A stretch of 64,000 nt of DNA from Chara braunii. Its lineage: Eukaryota; Plantae; Charophyceae. The position numbers were made by a program, and so were the translations under genes. Where the stretch lies: contig BFEA01000008.1 in NCBI GenBank assembly GCA_003427395.1, forward strand, positions 2,174,336-2,238,335, given 5' to 3'. The first letter of the stretch is position 1; each line of letters opens with the position of its first letter. Below are positions 1 through 11,629 of the stretch, piece by piece. The notes beneath the pieces were generated by a model. The model was not told where the DNA came from and ran no database searches. It was given only the letters and a program-made list of their open reading frames with translations.

Positions 1-1420
1 CATGTGTTGGCGATGCCGGTGGCGGGGGTGTTAGAGGTGTTGGTAGGGGTGAGGGCAGTGGGGTGGACGAGTGGCTGTCCAGGACTTCTGTAGTGATGGG
101 GAGGCCAGACAACGGATGGTGGATGGTCGAGAGTGGTCTTCTTGGCCACAGTCATTCTGTCTGCCACCAAGGTTCCCACCGTATCTGGAGAGAGTCGTCC
201 AGGTCTCCCAGTTTACGGTCTGGGTCTAGCCATATGGATTTGAATGTTGTTTTCATCTCTTGGTGTCGCACCTGGTTGTCTGTTGTGCTAAGATTTTGTT
301 TAAGCTGAACCCATGCATTGTGGATATTACAGCGTATCGTGTCAATGATGTGCTATATTGCTTGAAGGAAGCCAAAGGTGTGCTCTTTGTGCTCATGCGA
401 GCAGCGGGCTCGCCATGCTGTCATCAGGACTTCCAACCTCGTATGTTTGAAGACGTTAATCTGGAAGTCGGATCACAATCTCTGGCCACTGGGTGTTTGG
501 TCAAGAAGTAGTGCCCCTGGATCCCATGGTAGGTCAATGTTTGTGAGGAACGACCAGGCGACACTCCACCATTGCCAGATCTGTCTGGCCAACTGGCAGT
601 ATAAAAGGCAATGCTCCAAATCCGCTATCTGAGGTTGCATTGTAGAGCAACAGAATGAGCAGATTGGTGACAGCTTACCTTGTTGTTCCAGATGGGATCT
701 GGAGACTATCCAGGCCGACGTCGGTAGGCATCGATAAATTGTTTGCCATTGAAGCGCTCAGTGAAAGGTTGCAGATAGATAGGCATATGTTGACCATTTG
801 AAGCTCTGTAGGCTTGCTTGATCTAGATCGGAGTCTATCGCCCATCTTCTTTTAACAATGTCGGTGGTGTCAATGATTTTGTGTATTTGCCTATAACAGT
901 CTTTGACTGTGTATTTCCAAAAACGGAAGTGGGTGTGGTCCCTCCCATTGCCATTCGGCCGGGTCGAACGGTAGGAGGCACAGTGGCGTCGTCATTTCGT
1001 AGGCCCACCACCCATCTGACTCTTCGCCCAGAACCCGGATTCTTAATAAGGCTGTCGCTGGGTGGGTGTCGATGTGTCATCCCACTCGGGGTTCCGAGTG
1101 AGTCGGGATAGTCTTGCTCTGGGTAGTGTTGGTTCGTATGCAGCTAGCTCCACCTGCGAGGTTGTACAGCGGAAAACCGTGTAGAGTTTGTAGACTACAA
1201 TAGGGAGGGGGAGCGAGGCCTCAAGAACCACCCAGTCTCCTTTGCAGATTTGTGGGCCTCGACGCATGGCTTGTAGCCACGCCATAGGGATGGCTTCTTG
1301 GATTTGTTGCAGTTCCTCGGGGATGTTTCAAATGTGATTCAATTGATGGCGAAGTTCCTCTATTGTTTTCCACCTTCCTGCCTGGGTATCCCACAGATCC
1401 CCCACAAAGGGTTTGTGAGT
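1..1420 (-). mobile_element. 3' part of decayed L1/Tx1-like LINE (ORF2 C-terminus with zf-RVT); continues from 27752
   Basis: Minus strand ~760-570 reads LQWQTIYRCLPT...PICSFCCS...DLEHCLLYCQLARQIWQWW (zf-RVT CCHC), homologous to ORF 40163-40957. Joining across the insertion restores AHPLT*LTNPLWGI, similar to ADPLMWLENRDWPI in the LINE at 44.8 kb. Confidence 0.85.
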
Positions 1421-1746
1421 CTGTGTTGCCGAGCGTTCGTTGAACGCGGGTTCCGCGTTCAGCTTTTGAACGCGTTGAACGCGCGTTCAAAGAACGCGTG
1501 TGCACGCTCTAAATGCGAACGCGCAGAGCGCCACCCACGCCCGGGAGGCCCGTCGGGGGCGTTGGGGAGCGGCGGCGGTGCTTGGGGGGGTTGTGGGCAG
1601 TGTGGGGAGTGGTGGCGGTGCTTGGGGGAGGTTGTGGGCCAATGCCCCAGGCGAAACGGGCAAAAAAAAAAAAAAAAAAAAAGTGTGTGTGTGAATTTGT
1701 GTCTGTGTGTGTGAATGTGTGTTTGTGTGTGTATGTGAAGAGTCGG

Positions 1747-2574
1747 TTTTTTTTTTCGGGGGTGTGGGGGAATCCCCCTAACACGACTCAGACGGCCTAT
1801 GCAGGCTATCTGAAGGGTCCTCGCAGCCATGCAGCGCAGACCCCCCCACCAAAATCAAGGCAGGCAGTGAATATGGAGTAGAGCACGAGCTGGACGAATA
1901 TATACGTAAGATTCGAATTCAGGTCTGTGTTTTAGCAGTTATGGGTTGCTCACGTAACACGTGATTCTCAGGGCTTGGCTGCACTACTCACCAAATGTGC
2001 AAAACTAGAATGAACCTTCTGCAGAACATGCAATAATATGCCGCCATATGTTTTGTCTTTTGTGCATGTGGTGAGTAGAGGCCCTTAGGGCCACTGCACG
2101 TATTCATGAGAAAAGAAAAACGAGAAAAAATTCTCGTTTTTTTTTTTTCTTGTTTTTTTTTTTCTCAATTTTTTTTTTTCTCATTTTTTTTTTTTTCTCG
2201 TTTTTCTTTTCTTAAGAATACGTGGAGTGGCCCTAAGGGCCTCTACTGACCACATGCACAAAAGACAAAACATATGGCAGCGTATTATTCCATGTTCTGC
2301 AGAAGGTTCATTCTAGTTTTGCACATTTGGTGAGTAGTGCAGCCACGCCCTGAGAATCACGTGCTACGTGAGCAACCCATAACTGCTGAAACACAGACCT
2401 GAATTCGAATCTTGGATATATATTCGACCAGCTCGTGTTCTACTCCGTATTCACTGCTTGCCTTGATTTTGGTGAAGGGGTCTGCGCTGCATGGCTGCGA
2501 GGACCCTTCAGATAGCCTGCATGGGCCGTCTGAGCCGTGTTAGGGGGATTCCCCCACACCCCCGGAAAAAAAAA
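1747..2574. repeat. Foldback/long inverted repeat (~380-bp arms, T-rich spacer)
   Basis: 1747-2130 is the near-exact reverse complement of 2191-2574. Arm homology appears to continue after the giant insertion (ATGTGAAGAG at ~1735 vs GAGCTTTT|ACACAT at 27489-27494). Related diverged copies at ~39090-39185 and ~54125-54200. Confidence 0.9.
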
Positions 2575-2582
2575 GAGCTTTT

Positions 2583-2613
2583 AACATGTTATTCGTTAAA
2601 ATAGGACATTATA
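2583..2613 (+). repeat. Left TIR of giant element
   Basis: AACATGTTATTCGTTAAAATAGGACATTATA. Confidence 0.9.
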
Positions 2614-2659
2614 ATATGTCCTCTTTCTAACGAATTCATTTTTGGCTGCATTCCAAGCA

Positions 2660-3260
2660 ACGTAGGCACGCCCATCCACGACTTAAGCACATGCAGAAGT
2701 GTGCCGAGATCCGTACTTGTGGAACTTTATAAATGATATCCCAAATGAGGAAGCGTGTTCAAACCCGTACATGTTAGGCACGCCGCACGGGAACCTTGTG
2801 TGGAAGTGTGCTGGGATCCTTACTTGTTGAACTTCAAAAACATGGCACTGCTGGGAATCCTGTGCGGAAGTGTGCTGGGATCCGTACTTGTTAAACTTCA
2901 TAAACGAATAACGACAGACACGCCCATCAGGGAACCCTGTGCGGAAGTGTGCTGGGAGCCTCACTTGTTGAACTTCAGAAATGTGTCGTGAATCTTGTGC
3001 CGAAGTGTGTCGGGATCCGCACTTGTTAAACTTCATAAACGAATAACGACAGGCACGCGCATCAGGGAACCCAGTGCGGAAGTGTGCTGGGATCCGTACT
3101 TGTTAAACTTCAATTCCATAATTGTGACGAGCAATGTGTCATGATTGCATCCTCGTTGGATAATTATATTAGAAGACGTAGAGTAGCGACAGGCACGCCC
3201 ATCCGGGATGCCTGTGCGATAGTGTATCGGGAGCCACACTTGTCAAACTTCAAGTTTGTG
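2660..3260. repeat. Left subterminal tandem repeats
   Basis: ~7 copies of GAAGTGTGCTGGGATCCGTACTTGTTAAACTTCA-like units, a variant of the 24-bp motif. Confidence 0.8.
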
Positions 3261-3959
3261 AATGTGATGAGCAAGTTGTCATGATTGAATCCTTGTTGGA
3301 TAATACTATTTATTTCTTTTATGCGTGAGTTGTATATGCATGGCTATCGTCTCGTCCGAGGCGGTTGTCTGGATGTTGTAGAGATTCAGACTTCTTTAGA
3401 AGTACAAACAGTAACTGTTATTTTTGACATACAATTTATTTTTCCCGGTCAAGAACGCAAAATTGTCGGTCACATGTAATTCAAGCGGTCACAAGTACAT
3501 GATTGTCTATGCACACAAGAGACGTGATGTCACTGGTCTTTCACTCTTTGCATAACGAACCTCACACCCACACACTCGCCGAGATTTGTCGTGCATCCAC
3601 ACTCCAATTCGTCATGTCGCACCACACACACGAATATCATTTCGAGGTGAATTATATGCACAATCTTGGATGACCTGGACACAATTTGCAACGAGGACTG
3701 CAATGCAATGAATGTAATGACACGACAAACGAGCCGGACCTGACAGAGATTCTGAAGGCAATACGTGACACCAAACTGACAGTCAACATACCAAAGACAA
3801 CTCAAACCCGCAACACTGAAAAAAAATAATGTCGTTGTGAAAGCGACAGTTAAAATATGAAATATTCTGAAACAGAAGTTTGCAAATCAATCGAATCCAT
3901 CAAAGACAACGACATTCCAAGACACATGATGCTAGTTGTCGTCTAATATACGGAATATT

Positions 3960-4643
3960 TTAACAAGAGAACCTGAAAGGCGGTCGATCGCCACGTTGCA
4001 ACAGTGTTGCAAACATCAACATAAACACCCCGCAACGAACTCCATCCACTTGTCTAGGAACTCCCTCTATAACAACATTTGCTGCCACCGACTTCCAGCA
4101 CCTGCACGAGCGCCTATGTGATGTTTGACATTCCAAATAGTGTACGATCAACTCGAAAACACTAAGGTAAAAACTAGAATCGGCTACAACGCAAGGAAAA
4201 GAATCGAAAATCTCAAGAACATTATCTCTCAAACTCACGGAAAGGAGGATCCAGTGATCATTATCTTTGAGGACTGAAACAAAGATAATATCATATTCAA
4301 GCAGATCCACGTTTTTAACCCATCTTTCCACCCCGCCGTGCCCTTGAAGTTGCAGTTTACTGAAGAAGAAAGAATTAAAGGTGAAGACTCGAAGGCCTGG
4401 CGGGATGTCACTTGTCCCATATGCGGTCGTTCCTAATAGCGCCATGTAGAAGTTGACCACCTCATCATTCACCCTGCCGTCGGTAAGTGAGAGGGTGAGA
4501 ATATCCTTCGCTGCAATTCGCAACTGGCCATCGTGGAGGGTTGAGAGTACAGTGTCAGGTGGCACCAAGCCTCGTTCAATGTCGTCTAAAACCCGCAAGC
4601 TTCCAATCGCAGTCACTGCTGTTCCAGGTGCCGTGGCCTGCAC
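3960..4643 (-). CDS. Ulp1/SENP-family (peptidase C48) protease domain, probably a terminal exon
   Basis: LSLTDGRVNDEVVNFYMALL, FNSFFFSKL, VERWVKNVDLLEYDIIFV, DHWILL (His), FDS (Asp), PRQVDGVRCGVF (Gln/Cys). ORF begins at a GTG beside a pyrimidine-rich TGCAG acceptor-like site. Confidence 0.9.
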   Translation of the reverse strand: MQATAPGTAVTAIGSLRVLDDIERGLVPPDTVLSTLHDGQLRIAAKDILTLSLTDGRVNDEVVNFYMALLGTTAYGTSDIPPGLRVFTFNSFFFSKLQLQGHGGVERWVKNVDLLEYDIIFVSVLKDNDHWILLSVSLRDNVLEIFDSFPCVVADSSFYLSVFELIVHYLECQTSHRRSCRCWKSVAANVVIEGVPRQVDGVRCGVFMLMFATLLQRGDRPPFRFSC

Positions 4644-5012
4644 TGCACAACATCGAGCAAAGGACAGGGGGGGGAAGTGAGAAACGGAACACTAAGGATT
4701 CTCCTTCATCACACGGCGAGTAGCTAAGTATTTCTCATACATGGCCTGACCCCTAGTCACAGATCGTGGATATGTCCTTTTCTCTGGGGGCAGAAGGGAA
4801 AGACACTCCTCAATGGCAATGGCATGCTCCTTCTTCCCGATTTCGACATCAACCCTTGATGCCCTTAACATGTCCTTGTGTTTTGTCGTCAACCCCGGGA
4901 CTGTATGCAATATGTGTTCCGGATATTTAGAGGGTCTCCGTGTTCGAGACGACCCTACCCCTCTACAACAGAAGAAAGACAAAACGGAAAGTGAATACAC
5001 GTTTCCGAAGAA

Positions 5013-5570
5013 GAACCCGACGAAACGACAATTAAAGGACCACGAAATCTAAAAGACACAAGACCCATGCAATTACAGAACCCCGTCATGCCATGAGAGT
5101 GCGAGAGAGAGAACTTCCGCACCAGCCACGTTGCAAAATAAAACGAGCAGTGCACTCGAGCTCGACACCCCCGCCCTTCAGAAGGGAAAAGCACATCAAG
5201 TCACAGAAGGGGAAGGCAAACATCTATGAAGTCCGGATCCCGGCGGACTTTTCCAACCCAGGGAGATGACCCAACCCCTGTGCCACCGAAGGAAGAGAAA
5301 ACGAAAAATGAACTCACGTAATCCAAGACGAACCCGACGAAAACGACAACTCAAGAACCACGAAATGTAGAAGACGCAGGACCTATCTATTTACAGAGCC
5401 CCGTTTAGCCATGAGAGAGATATAGAATACTTCCGCGCAGGCCCCACTGGAAAACAAAAGGAGCAGTGCGTTCGACATCGACACCCCGCCCTCCAGAAGG
5501 GAAAACCTCAACAAGCCACAAACCCGGAGGCCAAACATTTGTGAAGTCAGGATCCCGGCGGCCTTTTCCC
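5013..5570. repeat. ~245-bp diverged direct duplication (5013-5256 / 5330-5570)
   Basis: Both copies start GAACCCGACGAAA(A)CGACAA and end in a copy of the 24-bp motif. Confidence 0.75.
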
Positions 5571-6800
5571 AATCGAGACACCAAAAGAGTAACCGCGTTA
5601 CGCAGCGGCCTTGGCAGTGCGGATCCCGGCGGACTAAAACCACCACTCGTGTGAGGGAACGCTTCAACAAAAACACACATGTTTTTGTCTCGTCCGCATT
5701 GACAGACACTGCGGTCACTAGCGCGCAGACAGAGTGGCGTTTGTCACAGCTTACCAGCTGGTTTGTCTCTCCACTCCATAATCGGCGAAGTTGGTACGGG
5801 CAAGGCCAGCACGTCGAGAGCTCGAGTGTCGGCGACAGTTTTTTAGGGGATGTGACATCTTGTTGTCCCCCGATCCCGCCTTCTCCTCCGCTGGCGATGG
5901 TCGGCGGCAGCATCGGAGAGCTCGTCGGGGAGAAATCGACGACAGATCCCCCGGAAGGTTTGACGTCGAGAGGGTCGTCGACACCAGGCATCAAGGACGG
6001 CTGCGCGGACATGTGGTGGTCGCCCAGGATGCCGTCGATAACTTCTTCGATGTCAATACACACACTCGGTTTAGTCAGACTGACTGTTACACGAGCTTCG
6101 TTGAACCGGTGTTGGAGATCGACGGCAGACATCATTGCTTGGACCTCATAGTCATCACGTTCTGCCGAAAGGCTTGTGACCACCTCTGTCTCCATACCCA
6201 GTGCCGTGTCATCGTCGTCGTTGTCTTCCTCGCGGTGTTCTCCATACAGCTGCCCGAATCCGTCAGAAGACTCCCCAGATCTGTCATCGTCGTCGCTGAA
6301 AGTCTGTTCGTCGTCTCCTGTATCGAGTTCACCTTTTTCCCCCTCCTGCCCTCCTAGCAACCCAGCCAACTTCGTTTCTTCCCCTTCCTCTCCTTCATCC
6401 TCTTCTTCCTCCCCTTCATCCCCTCCTTCCTCCAATTCCTCCCCTGTGTCTCCTTCCTCCACTTCCTTCTCTTTGTCCATCACCCTGCCTTCTTCCCCTG
6501 CATGCAATGCAGCCACTTCGCCCGAACCCGTGTCGATTTCCGATGAATGCGCTTCCCGCCCGCCGCACGCAGCCCCTCTCGCCAACACCAATATCCCTGG
6601 TTGGCCCCCCTTGCCTGAAGATGTTCGGATCCCGACGAACTTCGCCGACTCCCTGTCGCTGGGCCCTCCACACGCCTTGCCTGAAGAAGTTCGGATCCCG
6701 GCGAACTTCGCCGTCTCCCTGTCGCCGGGCCCTCCACACGCCTTGCCTGGAGAAGTTCGTATCCCGGCGAACTTCACCGTCTCCCTGTCGCCGGGCCCTC
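5383..6800 (-). other. Acidic/low-complexity ORF (probable linker of the cargo gene) with a 66-bp tandem repeat x3 at ~6600-6800
   Basis: E/D-rich 464-aa ORF; repeat unit KFAGIRTS.GKACGGP.DRE, each containing the 24-bp motif. Confidence 0.45.
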
Positions 6801-7044
6801 CTTCCGCACCCTCTCGCTTCGACTAAAGCGGTTGGCGATCCCCCACAGGCGGCGAAGTCCCATCCCTCACCGCACCGCTGTCTATTTTGGGATGACGACT
6901 CGCCACCCCCGGTCCTGACCAGCTCTACGTGTCCGTCCTCTCTGTCCGCTCTGTAAGCATTGAAGTTCGGATCCCGGCGGACTTGAACGTTTCGACCGAG
7001 CCGGCACGGAGAGCAACCAAGGCCGCCATCACCGAGCAGGCGGA

Positions 7045-10000
7045 TCAACTGGGCACGTCCTTCGACTGTGCCGAGCATTCCGGACCGGGACCGGTAGACT
7101 GCTGACGCCCGAGGGCCTCCCCCGTTACCCCGCCGCTGCCTTCCGTTGTCGTGGTGTCGCCCTGAGACCCGCCCTCATCCTCGTCGCCCTCGTGTTGTCG
7201 CCCCGGGACTTGTTTGCCGCCCCCAGCCTTGTCGCCCTTGTTCTCCCCACCGTCCGGTCCCCAGGACCCTGTACTTACATGCATCCCACAGGGAGGGGGG
7301 ATTTTCCAGTTCACCCTTCCTTTGGAGGGGCTCGTGTCGAGGTCGTAGTAGTCCTCCGTCAGCTCCAACCAGCACTTGTCCTGAAGTTCGGCGAACAATC
7401 GCCCGGCTGTGGAAATGACGGACACGTCTTCGCGTGCGAAAGAGCCATTCTCGGCCCTCACTTGCTGGAGGACCGCAATTCTAGCGATGTCGAGGAAGTC
7501 AGACTTCGACCCGCGAGGGAGTGGCATCCATCCTCCGTCCGGGACAGCGACCACCACGATCCACTCACCCTTTTGGATCGCCGGCTGGATGACTCCTGGA
7601 TGCTTAATCATGTCATGGCCCCAATCCGCCTCCGTGGAACGACTTTGAGGCTCAGGCAGGAAGTGAATGTTGGCATTCGTCCAAGACAGATGATCGGGCG
7701 GGATGTCAGACCCGGGACGCAGTGAGCGATGGCCGGAGGCCAGAGCTTGCATTCTCTGCAGCAACTTCATCGGGGTAGTGCTAGGCGCTGGTTTCGCTAT
7801 CGGTGACACAAGGGACGCTGGGCTTGTTGACGGACCTGCCAAGGACAACCCTGTAGCGTGCTGCGCGGAATGTTGGTCGTACTGCAGGTCGAGGCTTTCG
7901 GTGTCGCTGCCCTCCTCGTCCGCGGTCGCGTCGAACTCGATGTCGGTGGTTTCCTCGTCTTCCGTGGAGATCAAGGAGGAGTAACTGTCAAACGTCAGCT
8001 CCTCCTCTGACTCCACGAAGCAAAGGGACTGCAACCTCTCGAGGAAGGTCTTCGTGTTCATGCGGGAGGCGTCGTGGTAGTTGTCGAGCAACGTGAACAT
8101 GTGGTCCTTGCGGTGCACGTACTCGGCGTCGGTGTCTCTCTTCGGCCACGTTTACAAGAACAAGAAGTCGTATATCTTGTTCCGCTTCCTCGCACTCAAC
8201 TTGAACCACATGTCCGTCTTGTTGTTCCACGCGCGAGCCCGAGTCCCGGTGACGACCATGAACTCGCAATTGTGGGCACCCGAATTGACCTCGCTTTTGA
8301 CGAGATCAATTGTAAATTGCAAGAGCTCGGAGTTCCCTTTCTTCGCGATGACGTGTCGTCCTGCCTTCAGTACTTCCCAGACTGACCGCGCGTGTGGCTT
8401 CCCGAGGAAGACGACACCCTCCCCCTTCTTGGTGACGGATTCGAGAAGCTGAACGAATTGGGCAGGGTTGCATTTCATGTCCCCGTACACAATGCCCCGA
8501 CGTGCAGGCGAGGAATGCAACCAGTCGCAAGCGTTGAATGGGATGTCGGACACATCCGTTTGCGTAACCTTCTGTGGTACCCGCACTGCAGCAGCGGTGC
8601 CTGCCGGCAGTTTCCCCTCGTAGACAATGGACGTGTTGACCCGCAAATCGTCGCCTTTGAAGAGTATGTACATCCGGTCGTCTTCCGTGTACAAATTGTT
8701 CCCGACGGGGAAGCTTTTCTTCTGTTGACTCCTCACCCACTTCCCTTCCAGCAGCTTGACGAAAGAAAGATGGTTCATGCAGGCCAGAAAGTAGAGGTTT
8801 TGCTGCCGCAGAATAAAAACAACGAGCATCCAATGCGACGGACACCACGTCTGGAGTTGGGAATCCAGAGTGTCGAACGCTTGCGGTTTCAAAAGCTTCA
8901 GGTCCACCAGTTCGTACAGATCGAGGACGAAGGTGTGACTCTTTGTGGCAACCACTGCCTCCTTCACCTCCGCACTCCTTATGTCTGCCTCCAAGGGGTC
9001 GTTGCCGAATGGCGCGATGGATGTCACGTTGCCCGTGTCATTCCATTTTATGTGCACAATGCCTTCGGCGAGCGCGATCTCTCGACTCTTCAGTCTACTG
9101 CCAGTCAACACGGACAGGACCTTATTCCTCCAGTCGACGGACAACTTCTTGTGACCGGCCAGCTTCTCCGTCGCCTCGATCGATCTGTCGTCGTCGCAGC
9201 CCATGTAGGGCGGGCAGTCCTTGAACAGCGAGGAGTCAGTGACGTATTTCGTGCTCCCATCCCACAACTCAGCATCCAAACCACGACTCTCATTCCGGAC
9301 CTTGATTTCAGGAACGCGAACCTCTGGCTCCAATCCACGTCCAGCCTTTTGTCGTGCTTGAACTAGTAGTAGTTCCACAGACGCACCAGCACCCGGTTGC
9401 ACTTCACCAGATTCACCACCTCCTGGACGCTCAACTTTCCGAGCTTCGCCAACGCTGGGGAGCCGGCCTGTACCCAAAACACCTCGCAAGCGAGCACCTT
9501 TTTCAGGACGTGGCACTTCTCGTTGTCTGTCAGCGACTCCATCGTTTTCCAACAATGCGCGTCCGGCTCTGGCACTTGCACGAACCACTCGCCCTCCTCT
9601 TTCTCCTTTTTGCCTTTCTTTGTCAGCGGGTCCATAGGGACGTTGTACACGACCTCCTTCCTGCCCAGCTTGTCATTATGGATGTATGCAACCCCAGGCT
9701 TCACATTTTTGACTTTCTTCTTCCGCATGATCCACTTTGCGCCGTCGTGTTCGAGCAATATGCCTGTCTCCCATTTCTCGAAAAACTTGACGGCCAGTTT
9801 CCAGACGTTCTCCCCTGCCATCGCCAGTGGGAAATAGGAGCGCAGGGCAGCGCCTTGTTTCCTGATGGCCTCATCGCCCTGCTGATCTGCGAGAATCCAC
9901 AAGTTGTTGTGCGGTGTCATGTTGAGTGCGACATTACAGAATTCACGCCACTTCCGGACCTGATCCTGTTTTCCGATGGGGTTCCCCATAACAGCACGCG

Positions 10001-11629
10001 GGCAACCGGCGCGCTTCCACTGCCACCTTATGTCCCTCATTGACAGCTTCAGCTGTCGTGGGGGCGCCTTCAGGTCCTTCTTGTTGTCCTGGGAACTGAC
10101 AAGGAAGTACCCTTCGAAGTCGTCGTCCGAAAAGTTGACCATTCGTCCAGGCCACCGCTCGAAATCGTATTTCCTGGCCACCTCGCTGCCGAGCATCGAC
10201 CTCGCTGCAGCCGCATTGTGCTGCCCACACACCGCGTTGTAGTAGTATTGTCCCGCCAGCTCATCCCTCCAATCCTCCGGCCTCAGATGTTCTGCCTTGG
10301 TCCCCGGAGTCGGTTTATCAAGCCCCAGCACGCCAGCTTCAGGGTTGGTAAATCGTAAGATTGGGCTTTGTTTTCGAACGCCAACCGCATCGCTTCTTTG
10401 ATCCCTTCCACGAGCACGGGATCCAGGGACCACTAGTTGTACAGGTCCTCCCAGTCCCCGAGGTCGACGACCTGCGCAGGGCTAATGTCGAACTCCCGCT
10501 TTGTCCGAACGCCGTCTTTGTACTCGAGGAAGTACCCGGCGTCGACGTCGATGGGAGTCCCTGTTGTCGGTGGAGAAGACGGTCCAGACTCAGGCTGCTT
10601 CTGTCTCGAAGACGGTCGTTTGGCAACCTGCCGGCCCTGCTCCCCCTCGGTCCCCTTGCGTTTCTCCCCCGCAGTCCTGGGGGCCTTGCTCTTTAACTTC
10701 TTCGTAGAACCGGCAAACTCGTCTCGACGATCCCCCCTCCTCTTTTGCGGAGCTCCTTGCGAGCCTAGGCCTCCCTCGTCCACCTCCTCCACACCCTGTC
10801 CCTCGCTCGCCTCCAAGTCGACCTCCGAATAGGCCGCCACCTGTACTGCAGGCCCCGTACTCTTCCGCTGAACCGGAGCATCAGTCTGAACCCCAGGAAT
10901 AGACAACACAGACCGCCGCATGTCACTCAACGACAGAGCAGTCCCCTCATCCTCGCTGTCGTCGAACTGACCTCGGCTCTCGCCACGGTGCAGCTGAGTG
11001 GCGGGACCAGAACCCAGATCACCGCCCTCCGCCGCTGCCCCGCTTGACTGGCAACCACTGCATAGCTTCAACGACAACGACAGCTCCAGGGATGGGTTGA
11101 CGTCGCAGGGGACGTCTAGAGCGATGTTTTTGTCCTCCAACATGTCGAAAAATTCACATGCCAAAACAAAACTGCCCCCGAGAACGAGTTCTCTGTAGAA
11201 CAGGGTGTTCACAGCACCCGCTCCGAACCCCTCACACAATTCAAGGTCCAACAATGTCCTTTTCGAATTGGCAACGACGTTGCCCTTGGCGCCATAAACT
11301 TTCTGCATATAGAAATGTCGCCGGCCCCCCTTTGCGTCCTCCCACCGCAAGACGGCACCAAGCACTCTACGCCTTCTGCTGTCATCGATGAAGATGACTG
11401 GACCACATGGCTGCCCAGTGGGGTTGGAAGCATCTCCACAGCACCAGTCGATGAACCATTTCGACCTCGAATGGTTCGACCACCCCTGCGTGGCAGTAGA
11501 CGACCGCCTTGTGGAATCTTTTCGTGATTCCTTCACGGAGGTCCCTGTTGGCTCCACCTCGCCCTTGGAAGAAGACGTACTGTCTGCGAACGACAACGCA
11601 AATCGAACAGCACACCATGAAGTCAACGT
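7045..11629 (-). pseudogene. Long disrupted cargo gene: N-terminal domain, ParB/Srx-like domain (~10500-10050), beta-class N6A/N4C DNA MTase-like domain (~8950-8290), unknown C-terminal domain
   Basis: ORFs 10433-11626, 9363-10433, 8152-9588 and 7045-8118 join through in-frame stops (10433, 9363, 8152) and frameshifts (~10332, ~9290). ParB-like: FDISPAQVV..YN*WSLDPVLVEGIKEAM..LPTLKL..YYYNAVCGQHNAAAARSML..WPGRMV..LVSSQDN. MTase-like: FVLDLYE..GKWVR..NNLYTEDDRMYILFKG..NPAQFVQLLESVTKKGEGVVFLGKPH..VLKAGRHVIA. Confidence 0.65.

Noticed and set aside
6686-6709. FRT/lox-type recombination site (GAAGTTC...GAACTTC resembles FRT ends)
   Set aside because: Arms are 8 bp rather than 13 bp, and no tyrosine recombinase ORF was seen.
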